From assembly GCA_964653485.1 (NCBI GenBank), contig CAZZFF010000008.1, positions 6,557 to 70,556 of the forward strand: 64,000 bases of DNA, read 5' to 3'. This stretch comes from an uncultured Verrucomicrobiota bacterium (GTDB taxonomy: Bacteria > Verrucomicrobiota > Verrucomicrobiia > Limisphaerales > UBA8199). The position numbers were made by a program, and so were the translations under genes. The notes under the pieces are model-generated. The model made no database searches. It was not told where the DNA came from and saw only the letters and a list, made by a program, of their open reading frames with translations. Shown here piece by piece: positions 10,781 to 19,371 of this stretch. The first letter of the stretch is position 1, and the number at the start of each line of letters is the position of its first letter.

Positions 10781-10801
10781 AGTTGCCTCTCAGTTGGAAT
10801 C

Positions 10802-11512
10802 TCAAGCCGGATAGCCCACAGTCTGCGCAAACAGCACGCGCTGTCCCGGCCGAAGTTTGAGGTCCCTTGCCGCGGCGTCCTTGTTGCAGTTGTGGAACCA
10901 TGCCGCCAGCCCTTGCGAGGCGGCGAACAGATAGACGTTCCCCGCTATGAGGCCCGTGTCGGTGTAGTAGTACGACTTCTGGACCTCCGGGTTGCCTATG
11001 TTCCGGTCTGGCTGACCGGGTCCCGTGTCGTACCGGGCAAGGTCCACCACGTAGAAGATGTTCACCGGAGCGGACGCCGCCGCGCCTCGCCCGGCCCGTC
11101 CGCGCAGGTCTCCGCCCACAACCGGCGTCAACCGGTGAGGGACGGCCTCATACAAATAGACCCCCGCGGGAAGGGCCACGTAGAGGTCGATCTCCTGCGA
11201 GTTGCTGGCCGAAGCCGCGGTCCGGCCCGGCTTGCCGAATGCGCCGGTCTCCCGGTTTACCCCGAAGGCGGCCCAAAGCAAATTGGACAGGACCTGCGGA
11301 GGAAGTTCCCTCGCGCTAATGTTGCGTGTGGTCCTTCGCTCCTTGATGGCCGCCAGAACCGACTTGCCCCCGTCTGTCTCGGGTTTGGGAAGCGCGATCG
11401 GTTTCAGGTCCGGGCTGGAGACAGCCGCGTCCTGGGCCCGGGCCAGTCCGGCGGCGCCGCCGGCCAGCAAAGTCAGAGCGGGCAAGGTCTTTACGAATGT
11501 TCTCCGGTTCAT
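10802..11512 (-). CDS. Nitroreductase-family flavoprotein with Tat signal
   Basis: ATG at 11512 is preceded by GGAGGA and gives MNRRTFVKTLPALTLLAGGAAGLARA. The body (ERRTTRNISARELPPQVLSNLLWAAFGVNR..) resembles the nitroreductase / SagB-type dehydrogenase fold. Alternative ATG at 11536. Confidence 0.7.
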   Translation of the reverse strand: MNRRTFVKTLPALTLLAGGAAGLARAQDAAVSSPDLKPIALPKPETDGGKSVLAAIKERRTTRNISARELPPQVLSNLLWAAFGVNRETGAFGKPGRTAASASNSQEIDLYVALPAGVYLYEAVPHRLTPVVGGDLRGRAGRGAAASAPVNIFYVVDLARYDTGPGQPDRNIGNPEVQKSYYYTDTGLIAGNVYLFAASQGLAAWFHNCNKDAAARDLKLRPGQRVLFAQTVGYPA

Positions 11513-11651
11513 TGAATCCTCCGGTTTGGTTGGCATAGTTCTTCCCCCATACGGGTTGGTCAGCAACACTAAACCACCCTTCCTCGATTTGACCAGGAGC
11601 AAATCTGTCGAATGCCTTTGCGCCTGGCGGCGGATTGACTATGGTGCCCCC

Positions 11652-13919
11652 GTGACAACGAACCGCTTGCCCTGTTTTCTGGCCCTCTCTCTCTTGCTCC
11701 CGGCCGGCCTCGGCCGGGCCGCCGCCGCATCGGCTTGGGAGCCTGTCGGCTTGTCCGGCGGGGGCGGCATGTTCGCCCCGGCGGTTTCCGCGGCGGACCC
11801 GGACTTGATGATGATCAACTGCGACATGAGCGGCGCCTACATCTCCCAGGACGGCGGCCACACCTGGCGCATGATCAACCAGGCCCAGCTTCGCAGCGAT
11901 ACCCGCTGCCGGCCCGCCTTTCATCCGTCCAATCCCGACATCATCTACGCCTCCTCCGGCGGCCAGCTTCGACTCAGCCGCGACCGCGGCCGGACCTTCT
12001 CCCCCCTGGGCGACCTGAACGAAGCGCCGGACGGGGAAATCGCCATCAACCCCGCCGACCCCCGGTTGATGCTCACCAGCACCCGCAACGGCCGCTGCTC
12101 CCTCTCCCGCGATGCAGGCAACACGTGGTCCCCTTGCAATGGACCGGCCGGCCCCCTCATCGGGTTTCACTTCGACCGCACCGCTCCGGGCCGCGTCCTC
12201 TTCGCCGCCACCGAAAAGGGCGTCTGGCGTTCGGACGACGGCGGCCAAACCTGGGCGGACAAAACGCAGGGCCTCCCTTGGAAGGAAATCCAGGGGTTCG
12301 CCGGCGGTTCCGAGCCTTCCGGCCAACGGGTCATGCTCTATTGTTCGGTCCGCAGCCGCATCGAGGGCGGGGCCTTCAAGGGCGGTCTCTACCGTTCGCG
12401 CGACCGCGGGGAAACCTGGGAATCGGCGATGGGGCGCGGCCTCAACACTGAAACCAAGGAAGCCGACCCGTGGGCTTGCGGCCCCATCTCCCAGTACCAG
12501 CAACTCCTCGCGACGGATGCCAGGCCCCTCACGGTGTACGCCTTCAACACCAGCACCGGCTTCCATCCACCCCACAGCGATACCGTCTATCGCAGCGATG
12601 ACGGCGGCGAAAGCTGGCGGGCGGCCTACTTCATGGACCCGCGGTTCGACCGCTACAACGTGGCGCCCGACTACGTCACCGCATCCACCGGCCAGTCCTT
12701 CAAAGGGGGCGAGGCGCCGTTCGGAGTCGCGATATGCAATACCGACCCCGACCGCCTCATCCTGCTCCGCAACGAGTGCCACATCACCCACAACGGCGGC
12801 GAAACCTGGTTCGCGGGCCACACCTTCCCGGCGCCAGGGCAAAAGCCGGGACCCGGTTCCGCCTGGGCGTGCAACGGGCTCGTCGTGACCACAACCTGGC
12901 ATTACTACATTGACCCGTTCCAGACCAACCGCCATTACATCGCCTACACGGACCTCGGTTTGGCCCGCTCTCTCGACGGCGGCCTAAACTGGACCTGGTG
13001 GGACCCCAAGTCTTGGGCGCCTTGGCGAAACACCTGTTATGAAATGGCCTTCGACCCGGACATCCCCGGGAAAATCTGGGGCGCGTTCTCCGATGTCCAT
13101 GACATCCCCAATGACAATATCATCTCGGAGCGCCACGGCCATGAGCGCCCGGGCGGGGTCTGCCTTTCCCTGGACTTCGCCGCCTCGTGGAAAGCCCAGG
13201 CCCGCGGCCTGCCCCTCAAGGCCGTGACCTCCGTCGTGCTCGACCCCAAGAGCCCCCGCGATTCGCGCACCCTCTACGCGGGGGTCTTTTCCCAAGGGGT
13301 CTTCAAGACAACCGACGATGGCCGGACCTGGACCCCCAGGAACCAGGGCCTCGGCCATCCGGACAATATGCGGGTCTCCCGCGTGTTCCTCCACCGGGAC
13401 GGCACGCTCTACGCCATGGTCTGCGCCCGGCGCCCGGCGCCTCGCAAACCCCTGGCCCCGGAAGGTGTCGGACTTTATCTCTCCCGCAACGGGGGCGACA
13501 CCTGGCAGTGCCTCAACCCTCCTCACCCTTGGTTGTACCCCAAGGACTTCTCGGTCCATCCCCAGGACAGCAACCGCATCCTGGTGGGCGCCTGCGACTC
13601 GGATTGGGAAGACCGGTCCGGCGGCTTGTACAGCACCCTGGACGGCGGCAAAACCTGGCAACGCATCGGCAGGCAAGGCCCCCAAACATTCGGGGGCTAC
13701 TTTCATCCGGCACACCCGGGGTGGATTTACATGACGCTCACCGAGGGCGCTCCCGGGGCCGGTTTATGGCTCAGCCGCGACCAAGGCCAGTCGTGGCGCA
13801 GCTTCGACGAGTTGCCCTTCGCGAACATCCAGCGGGTCGAGTTCGATCCCTCCAACGACGCCACCCTCCGCCTCGCCACCTTCGGCGGCAGCATTTGGAT
13901 GGGACCGGCGACGCCTTAA
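11652..13919 (+). CDS. Secreted BNR/Asp-box repeat protein (GH74-like or sortilin-like double beta-propeller)
   Basis: About 12 Asp-box motifs (SQDGGHTW, SRDAGNTW, SDDGGQTW, SRDRGETW, SDDGGESW, SRNGGDTW, TLDGGKTW, SRDQGQSW and others). The GTG at 11652 gives the signal peptide VTTNRLPCFLALSLLLPAGLGRAAA. The track ORF start at 11202 overlaps the divergent nitroreductase gene. Confidence 0.75.
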   Translation: MTTNRLPCFLALSLLLPAGLGRAAAASAWEPVGLSGGGGMFAPAVSAADPDLMMINCDMSGAYISQDGGHTWRMINQAQLRSDTRCRPAFHPSNPDIIYASSGGQLRLSRDRGRTFSPLGDLNEAPDGEIAINPADPRLMLTSTRNGRCSLSRDAGNTWSPCNGPAGPLIGFHFDRTAPGRVLFAATEKGVWRSDDGGQTWADKTQGLPWKEIQGFAGGSEPSGQRVMLYCSVRSRIEGGAFKGGLYRSRDRGETWESAMGRGLNTETKEADPWACGPISQYQQLLATDARPLTVYAFNTSTGFHPPHSDTVYRSDDGGESWRAAYFMDPRFDRYNVAPDYVTASTGQSFKGGEAPFGVAICNTDPDRLILLRNECHITHNGGETWFAGHTFPAPGQKPGPGSAWACNGLVVTTTWHYYIDPFQTNRHYIAYTDLGLARSLDGGLNWTWWDPKSWAPWRNTCYEMAFDPDIPGKIWGAFSDVHDIPNDNIISERHGHERPGGVCLSLDFAASWKAQARGLPLKAVTSVVLDPKSPRDSRTLYAGVFSQGVFKTTDDGRTWTPRNQGLGHPDNMRVSRVFLHRDGTLYAMVCARRPAPRKPLAPEGVGLYLSRNGGDTWQCLNPPHPWLYPKDFSVHPQDSNRILVGACDSDWEDRSGGLYSTLDGGKTWQRIGRQGPQTFGGYFHPAHPGWIYMTLTEGAPGAGLWLSRDQGQSWRSFDELPFANIQRVEFDPSNDATLRLATFGGSIWMGPATP

Positions 13920-14002
13920 AAAATCGTGTCGCAGCGTGAAGCCGCGGTGCGTCCACGCACCCGCCATGCGCCCACGCCCCCGGCCGCCGGGCAAAGCTCG
14001 GG

Positions 14003-14218
14003 TCAATAACCCCGCTTCAGGAGATAATAGACGGCGTATATAAGGCCGGCGCAAAGCACGGACATCAGGAGGGGGGAACTGATGAAGTAGGATGCGACCA
14101 TCATCAGCGCCCCGCCAACCATGGGCAGCCACGAACCCTCCTTCTTGCCGTAGATGAAATATCCCAGCCCGACCGATCCCCAAAACAGCGAGGCGAACAG
14201 GAAACTCGTGTTGAACAT
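14003..14218 (-). CDS. Small hydrophobic membrane protein (71 aa, 2-3 TM)
   Basis: Strongly hydrophobic, non-repetitive ORF, MFNTSFLFASLFWGSVGLGYFIYGKKEGSWLPMVGGALMMVASYF.., in an otherwise empty interval. Confidence 0.5.
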   Translation of the reverse strand: MFNTSFLFASLFWGSVGLGYFIYGKKEGSWLPMVGGALMMVASYFISSPLLMSVLCAGLIYAVYYLLKRGY

Positions 14219-14358
14219 GTTCTCGCTTTAAGATAGCACCTTGCGCCATCGCTCGCGCGGCGAGCCCCCACGGGCGCGTCGGGCACGGCGGCCATCTTGG
14301 CGGTCATGAGTCAGGGCCAGTGACAAAGTCCGTCGGAAGGTCCCGGGTAGGCCGTCTC

Positions 14359-14396
14359 GGAGTGCGGTGGCAAGCGAAGCGCGACACCGCTTTGGC
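14359..14396 (-). repeat. REP-like hairpin element, copy 1 (38-nt exact match to 51596-51633 in opposite orientation)
   Basis: The reverse complement, GCCAAAGCGGTGTCGCGCTTCGCTTGCCACCGCACTCC, is identical to 51596-51633. Stem GCGGTG / CACCGC around the loop TCGCGCTTCGCTTGC. Confidence 0.75.
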
Positions 14397-14431
14397 TCAG
14401 GTAGCCCCTGGCGTGTCGGATGTCCCTCGCG

Positions 14432-14470
14432 GCCGAAGGCGCCGTCGCCGCTTCGCTCTGCCGGCGCTCC
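14432..14470 (+). repeat. REP-like hairpin element, copy 2 (paralogous, compensatory stem)
   Basis: GCCGAAGGCGCCGTCGCCGCTTCGCTCTGCCGGCGCTCC has the same flanks and loop core (TCGCCGCTTCGCTCTGC) as copy 1. The stem is changed to GGCGCCG / CGGCGCT. It is in inverted orientation relative to copy 1, 36 nt away. Confidence 0.65.
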
Positions 14471-14562
14471 AGAATACCACTCTGTCCACCGCCCCTGGTC
14501 ATGAGTCGGGCCGCCTCACTTTGAACTTTGAAGTTCATCGGCCTGGCCGTATAAAGGAGCGT

Positions 14563-15186
14563 ATGCCAACTTTCCCGGTATTGTTAGCCAAAGGCGGCCT
14601 GGTGCTGTGGCTGATTCTGCTCGTCAGCGCCGTCGCGGTGGTCGTGTTTGTCGAGCGGTTCCTGCATTTTCATCGGGCTCAGATTGACTCGCTGGAGTTT
14701 CTCAACGGCGTGCGGACGGTGCTCAGGAGGAACAACGTGGTCGAGGCCCTCTCGATTTGCGAGGCCACGCCGGGACCGGTGGCGCGGCTCGTCAGGACCG
14801 CCATCCTCAGCCGGGACCAGGGCCGGGAACGAGTGCGCGAGGCCCTCGAAGACGCCGGCTTGGCCGAGGTTCCGCGCCTGGAAGAGAGGTTGAACCTCCT
14901 GGCGACCCTTGCCCAGTTGGCCCCGCTCCTGGGCCTCCTGGGGACAGTGCTCGGGTTTATCCAGACCTTTTACCGAATGACCGAGGCCGGCCTGCACGCC
15001 CATGTGGGGCTTCTTGCCGACGGCATTTGGAAGTCCCTGATTTGCGCCGCCGCGGGCCTGGCCGTCGCCATCCCCGCCCACGCGGGCTATAATTACCTGG
15101 TCAGCCGCGTCAATTCCATCGTCCTGGACATGGAACGGACCGCGACCGAGATCGTCAATATCGTCACGGAAGGAACCAAGTCGTGA
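14563..15186 (+). CDS. exbB: MotA/TolQ/ExbB proton-channel protein
   Basis: ATG at 14563 is preceded by AAGGAG (14554-14559) and gives MPTFPVLLAKGGLVLWLILLVS. The LAPLLGLLGTVLG block is typical of ExbB/TolQ. The longer track ORF covers the REP elements. Confidence 0.85.
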   Translation: MPTFPVLLAKGGLVLWLILLVSAVAVVVFVERFLHFHRAQIDSLEFLNGVRTVLRRNNVVEALSICEATPGPVARLVRTAILSRDQGRERVREALEDAGLAEVPRLEERLNLLATLAQLAPLLGLLGTVLGFIQTFYRMTEAGLHAHVGLLADGIWKSLICAAAGLAVAIPAHAGYNYLVSRVNSIVLDMERTATEIVNIVTEGTKS

Positions 15187-15626
15187 AACTCCCTCGCAAC
15201 GCTCGCATCTTTCGAGGCCGGCTCGATGCGGCCCCCTTCGCAACCGTGCTATTCTTGCTCCTCCTCTTCATGATGCTCGCCTCGCTGGTCTATACCCCGG
15301 GCATCCTGGTGCCCTTGGACCTGCCCACAGCCGAGGACCTCCCGGGGACCGACAAGCTCACTGTCGCGGTCGCCGTTGACGCCAACGGACAGCTCTATTT
15401 CGAGAACCAATCTATCCAGGAACCCGCGCTCAAAGCCCGGCTGCTCAAGGCCGTGGCTAACAATGGCCGGCAACCACTCACCCTCGTCGCGCAGGCGGAC
15501 AAGGCGGTGAGATATGAAATGCTCATCCGCCTCAGATTGCTGGCCCGCGATGCCGGCATCAAAGAGATGTGGCTGGAGACCCTCCCGCGCCCCTTCGCCT
15601 CAGCCGGGCCTGGCTCGCCGCGATAG
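15183..15626 (+). CDS. exbD: ExbD/TolR biopolymer transport protein
   Basis: GTG start overlaps the exbB stop (GTGA at 15183-15186). Single N-terminal TM, then the ExbD-like periplasmic domain (LTVAVAVDANGQLYFENQ..ADKAVRYEMLIRL). Confidence 0.8.
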   Translation: MKLPRNARIFRGRLDAAPFATVLFLLLLFMMLASLVYTPGILVPLDLPTAEDLPGTDKLTVAVAVDANGQLYFENQSIQEPALKARLLKAVANNGRQPLTLVAQADKAVRYEMLIRLRLLARDAGIKEMWLETLPRPFASAGPGSPR

Positions 15627-15661
15627 GCTCCTGGCCCCGGCCGCCGCCCGCCTGGCCGCCA

Positions 15662-16471
15662 ATGCAAACGCCCCTTACCATGTCTTCCCAGGTCCAGGAC
15701 TCCCGCTGGCCGTTCCGCCGGTGGGTGGTGGCCGTCACTGTGGTCTTCGCCGCCCAGGCCGGCCTGATCCTCTGGCTGGGCGAGCGCGGCCCCGTGCGTT
15801 CCCGCCCGCCGGGGCCAACCCCGGCGCTTCGGCTCGCCGGGGGAATTTCCGCCGAGGCGCTCGCCCTCCAGGACCCGACGCTCTTCGTGCTCCCGCATCT
15901 CCAGGGCTATTCCGGACCGGCCTGGCTCAAAGTGACGCCCGTTCCCAACCGCCCCTCCGATTGGTGGGAGGAGCCTCGGACCCTCCCGCTTTGCGTGACA
16001 CGGTTGGGTGCCCCCCTCTCCCAGCAGCTTGAGACCAATCGCATGGCCCCGCTCGGCCTTGCGCCCGCCCTGGAGCCCGGACGCTCACTCCCGGACCCGC
16101 TTCCCCTTCCGCTTTCCCCCGAACAATCCCGCCTGCGAATCGAAGGCGACCTGGCCGGATACCGGTTGCTGACCACGCTGGACTTGCCCTCCTGGCAGTA
16201 TGACGATGTCTTGACGAACACCGGCGTCGAGATGGTCGTCGACGCCGAGGGACGGCCCTGCGCCGCCACCGTCCTCTTCAGCAGCGGGTATCCGAAAGCC
16301 GATGACCACGCCCTGGCTCAGGCGAGAACGGCCCGATTCGACATACCCGCGCCCCCGCCCGGCCAAGGGCCTGCCCCCTCCACCTCCGAGGCGCGCCTGA
16401 TTCGGGGCCTCTTGCTCTTCGATTGGCACACAGTGCCTCTGCCGCCAACCAATGCGCCGCCAACCAAATAA
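15662..16471 (+). CDS. TonB-like energy transducer (divergent)
   Basis: ATG at 15662. N-terminal TM (WVVAVTVVFAAQAGLILWL), a Pro-rich linker, and a C-terminal domain (VEMVVDAEGRPCAATVLFSSGYPKADDHALAQARTARF) resembling the TonB C-terminal fold. It follows exbBD. Confidence 0.55.
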   Translation: MQTPLTMSSQVQDSRWPFRRWVVAVTVVFAAQAGLILWLGERGPVRSRPPGPTPALRLAGGISAEALALQDPTLFVLPHLQGYSGPAWLKVTPVPNRPSDWWEEPRTLPLCVTRLGAPLSQQLETNRMAPLGLAPALEPGRSLPDPLPLPLSPEQSRLRIEGDLAGYRLLTTLDLPSWQYDDVLTNTGVEMVVDAEGRPCAATVLFSSGYPKADDHALAQARTARFDIPAPPPGQGPAPSTSEARLIRGLLLFDWHTVPLPPTNAPPTK

Positions 16472-16480
16472 AATGCGGTT

Positions 16481-16705
16481 ATGTCCACTTCAAACCTCAT
16501 TCTCACTTACGTCGTGGTCCTGTTGACCGGCCTTTCGGGCGCGGCTATCTACTCCGAGTTGCGCCGCCGGAGCTTCGGGCCGGCCCCCAGCAAAGACCGG
16601 ATTTTCCGGTGCGGACGCTGCGGGTACGTCTATACAGACGACTCGGACGTGGACCGCTCACGCTGCTCCCAATGCGGCCAAACCAACGAAGCGATGCAGT
16701 TTTAG
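16481..16705 (+). CDS. Membrane-anchored zinc-ribbon protein (74 aa)
   Basis: N-terminal TM helix, then CGRCG..(16 aa)..CSQCG (two CxxC pairs). It starts 10 nt after the TonB-like stop. Confidence 0.55.
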   Translation: MSTSNLILTYVVVLLTGLSGAAIYSELRRRSFGPAPSKDRIFRCGRCGYVYTDDSDVDRSRCSQCGQTNEAMQF

Positions 16706-16709
16706 CTCG

Positions 16710-18275
16710 TCAGTTCCCAGTCTTCAACTCGACAACGTCGTGGGGGGCCGCTTCGCGCTGGCCGGCGGGGCTGACGCGGATGAACCGGGCCTTCTCGCGC
16801 AGTTGAGACAGGTTGGCCGCGCCCAGGTAGCCCATGCCTGATTGGATGCCGCCAATGAGCTGAGCCAGGACGCGATCCACCGACCCGGAGACCTCCTTGA
16901 GGGCTTCGACGCCTTCGGGGGCCACCTTGCTCGTCGGATCGGCCGTGTGGCCGTAGCGGGCGGCGGAGCCGGCTTTCATGGCAGGCAGGCTGCCCATCCC
17001 GCGATAGCGCTTATAGAGTTTGCCGCTGATTTCGATCACCTCGCCGGGGGCCTCGGGACAGCCCGCAAAGAGGCCGCCGCACATCACAGCGTTCGCCAAA
17101 GTCAATGCCTTGACGATGTCGCCTGACTTGGTGATGCCGCCGTCCGCAATGATGCTCACGTGCATCTTGCGCGCCGCCTTCTCGGCCAGGTAGAGGGCGG
17201 TAAGCTGCGGAATCCCGACACCCGCGACGATGCGGGTGGTGCAAATCGAGCCCGGCCCCTGGCCCACCTTCACGGCATTGGCTCCGCAGCCCGCAAGAAA
17301 CTCGACCCCCGCCGCGCTCGTGACGTTGCCGGCGATGATCGGCAGTTTGGGAAAAGCCTCGCGCAGCATCCGGACCGTGTCACCCACCCCCCGGCTGTGC
17401 CCATGCGCGGTCGAGACCGCGACCACGTCCATTCCCCTTTCAACCAACCCGCCGACGTGCGCCAGGATGCGCTGGCGATCCAGCTCGCCAAACGCGTTGC
17501 GCGTGGCCGAGACCGCCGCCCCGCACAGCAGCCGGAACGAGCTGTCTCGCGCCGGTTTGAACTGCGCGTTGCGCTCCTGGATGATTCGCTCGATGTCGCT
17601 CATCGTGAACAGGCCCGCCAACCGGTCCTGGTCGTCCACCACCAGCAGCTTGTGTATCCCCGGGTGGTCGGTGAAGAACCGGTCCGCCGTGGCGATGGGG
17701 TCGTGGCCCAGGTCCTTCTTGTTCAGCGTGTGGACTTGGGCGCGCGGCGTCAGCGCCTCCGCCACTTTGCTGTTGGCGTAGCGGTGTTTCACGACGTGGC
17801 TTGGCAGCAAGCCCATCAGCTTCCCCTGGCCGTCCACCACGGGGAACGTGCTGAAGGCAAACCGCTTCTTCTCGATCAAACTCAGCATGTCTCCAATCAA
17901 CTGGTCCGGCGTCGCCCGGATCGGCTCTTGGATCAACCCGTGAACGTGGTTCTTGACCCGGCTCACCTCCGAGAGTTGCTCCCGCTCGGGCATGTTGTAA
18001 TGAATAAGCCCCAGCGCCCCGTTCAGCGCCATCGCAATGGCCATGCGCGATTCCGTGACCGTGTCCATGTCCGATGAAATCACCGGGATGTTCAGCGACA
18101 AACCCTCCGCCAGCGTCGCCCCAAGTTGTGTGTCCTTCGGCAAAACCTCCGAATAAAGTGTCGCCAGCGTTACGTCGTCGTACGTCAGGCCGATATGGCT
18201 GTATGCCCTGAAAAAGGCGTCCGCCGGTTTGTAAAACTGCTCGTCGAGACTGTCAGACTCTTTTGTTGCTGCCAT
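16710..18275 (-). CDS. guaB: IMP dehydrogenase with CBS pair
   Basis: GLTYDDVTL.., tandem CBS region, catalytic-loop context GPGSICTTR, and GGITKSGD. Start taken at the ATG at 18275 (MAATKESD..). Confidence 0.93.
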   Translation of the reverse strand: MAATKESDSLDEQFYKPADAFFRAYSHIGLTYDDVTLATLYSEVLPKDTQLGATLAEGLSLNIPVISSDMDTVTESRMAIAMALNGALGLIHYNMPEREQLSEVSRVKNHVHGLIQEPIRATPDQLIGDMLSLIEKKRFAFSTFPVVDGQGKLMGLLPSHVVKHRYANSKVAEALTPRAQVHTLNKKDLGHDPIATADRFFTDHPGIHKLLVVDDQDRLAGLFTMSDIERIIQERNAQFKPARDSSFRLLCGAAVSATRNAFGELDRQRILAHVGGLVERGMDVVAVSTAHGHSRGVGDTVRMLREAFPKLPIIAGNVTSAAGVEFLAGCGANAVKVGQGPGSICTTRIVAGVGIPQLTALYLAEKAARKMHVSIIADGGITKSGDIVKALTLANAVMCGGLFAGCPEAPGEVIEISGKLYKRYRGMGSLPAMKAGSAARYGHTADPTSKVAPEGVEALKEVSGSVDRVLAQLIGGIQSGMGYLGAANLSQLREKARFIRVSPAGQREAAPHDVVELKTGN

Positions 18276-18385
18276 GCTGGAAAATGCCCGTTCCCCAACT
18301 CGTTTGGCAAGCAGAAACAGCGCCTTGAAGACCAAAGGGCTTTTTGCGATTGAGTCGTCCGCGCGCCGCTACTAGCCTCCATCTC

Positions 18386-19357
18386 ATGAATGTGTTTGTC
18401 ACTGGCGGCGCAGGTTATATCGGCTCCGTTTGCACCGAGGAGTTGCTCGATGCGGGATGCGAAGTCACGGTTTACGACGATTTGAGCGAGGGCCACCGTT
18501 CGGCGGTGGACTCAAGGGCCCGCTTCGTTCTGGGCCGGCCCGAGGAGCGGTACCACCTCCGGGACGCCGTCAAGGAGGCCCGGCCCGAGGCCATCCTCCA
18601 TTTCGCCGCCAACGCGCTCGTCGGGGAATCCATGGTCAACCCGGGCAAATACTTCCACAACAACGTCGCCAACGGCCACAAACTGCTCGAGGCCGCCATG
18701 GCCGCGGGCGTCAGGAAGTTCGTATTCAGTTCCACGTGCGCCACCTATGGCCCTCCCGATCGCGTTCCGATGGACGAGCAGTTGCCTCAACGGCCCATCA
18801 ATCCTTACGGCGAGTCCAAGCTGATGTTCGAGCGGATGCTCCATTGGTATCACGAGTTGCACGGGCTGGAGTTCGTGGCCTTCCGCTATTTCAACGCCGC
18901 CGGCGCCACCGCCAAATTTGGCGAGCATCATCGCATCGAGACCCATCTCATTCCCAACGTCCTCAAAGTGCCCCTCGGTCAGAAGCCCCATTGCGACATT
19001 TTCGGCGCCGACTACCCAACCCCCGACGGCACCTGCATCCGGGACTACATCCATATCGTTGACTTGGCCCAGGCGCACATCCTCGCCCTTAAGCCCGGCA
19101 GGCAAGGGTTCTACAACCTGGGCAATGGCGACGGCTATTCCGTGCGCGAGGTCATTCGAATGTGCGAGAAGGTGAGCGGCCAGGCCATTCCCGCCCACGA
19201 AAAACCCCGCCGCCCGGGCGACCCGCCCAAACTCGTCGCCTCCGCCCAAAAGGCCATCCGCGAGCTGGGTTGGAAACCAAAGGCCCCGAAGCTCGAAGAC
19301 ATCGTCGCATCAGCCTGGGCATGGCATAAGCAACACCCCAACGGTTATCCGGATTGA
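18386..19357 (+). CDS. galE: UDP-glucose 4-epimerase
   Basis: MNVFVTGGAGYIGS Rossmann motif, YGESK catalytic motif, about 323 aa. ATG at 18386 within ORF 18344..19357. Confidence 0.92.
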   Translation: MNVFVTGGAGYIGSVCTEELLDAGCEVTVYDDLSEGHRSAVDSRARFVLGRPEERYHLRDAVKEARPEAILHFAANALVGESMVNPGKYFHNNVANGHKLLEAAMAAGVRKFVFSSTCATYGPPDRVPMDEQLPQRPINPYGESKLMFERMLHWYHELHGLEFVAFRYFNAAGATAKFGEHHRIETHLIPNVLKVPLGQKPHCDIFGADYPTPDGTCIRDYIHIVDLAQAHILALKPGRQGFYNLGNGDGYSVREVIRMCEKVSGQAIPAHEKPRRPGDPPKLVASAQKAIRELGWKPKAPKLEDIVASAWAWHKQHPNGYPD

Positions 19358-19371
19358 CGGGAGCCAAGGGC

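Noticed and set aside
14320-14420. RNase P or SRP RNA suspicion from ACAAAGTCCGTCGGAAGGTCCCGG upstream of exbB.
   Set aside because: It lacks the GAGGAAAGTCCGGGC P4 core and the other conserved helices, and the region is explained by the REP-like hairpin pair.
18728-18743. parS-like half site AGTTCCACGTGCGCCA inside galE.
   Set aside because: Only 12 of 16 positions match and the right arm is lost, so it is not palindromic. It lies 20 kb from the perfect doublet. Probably a chance match around CACGTG.
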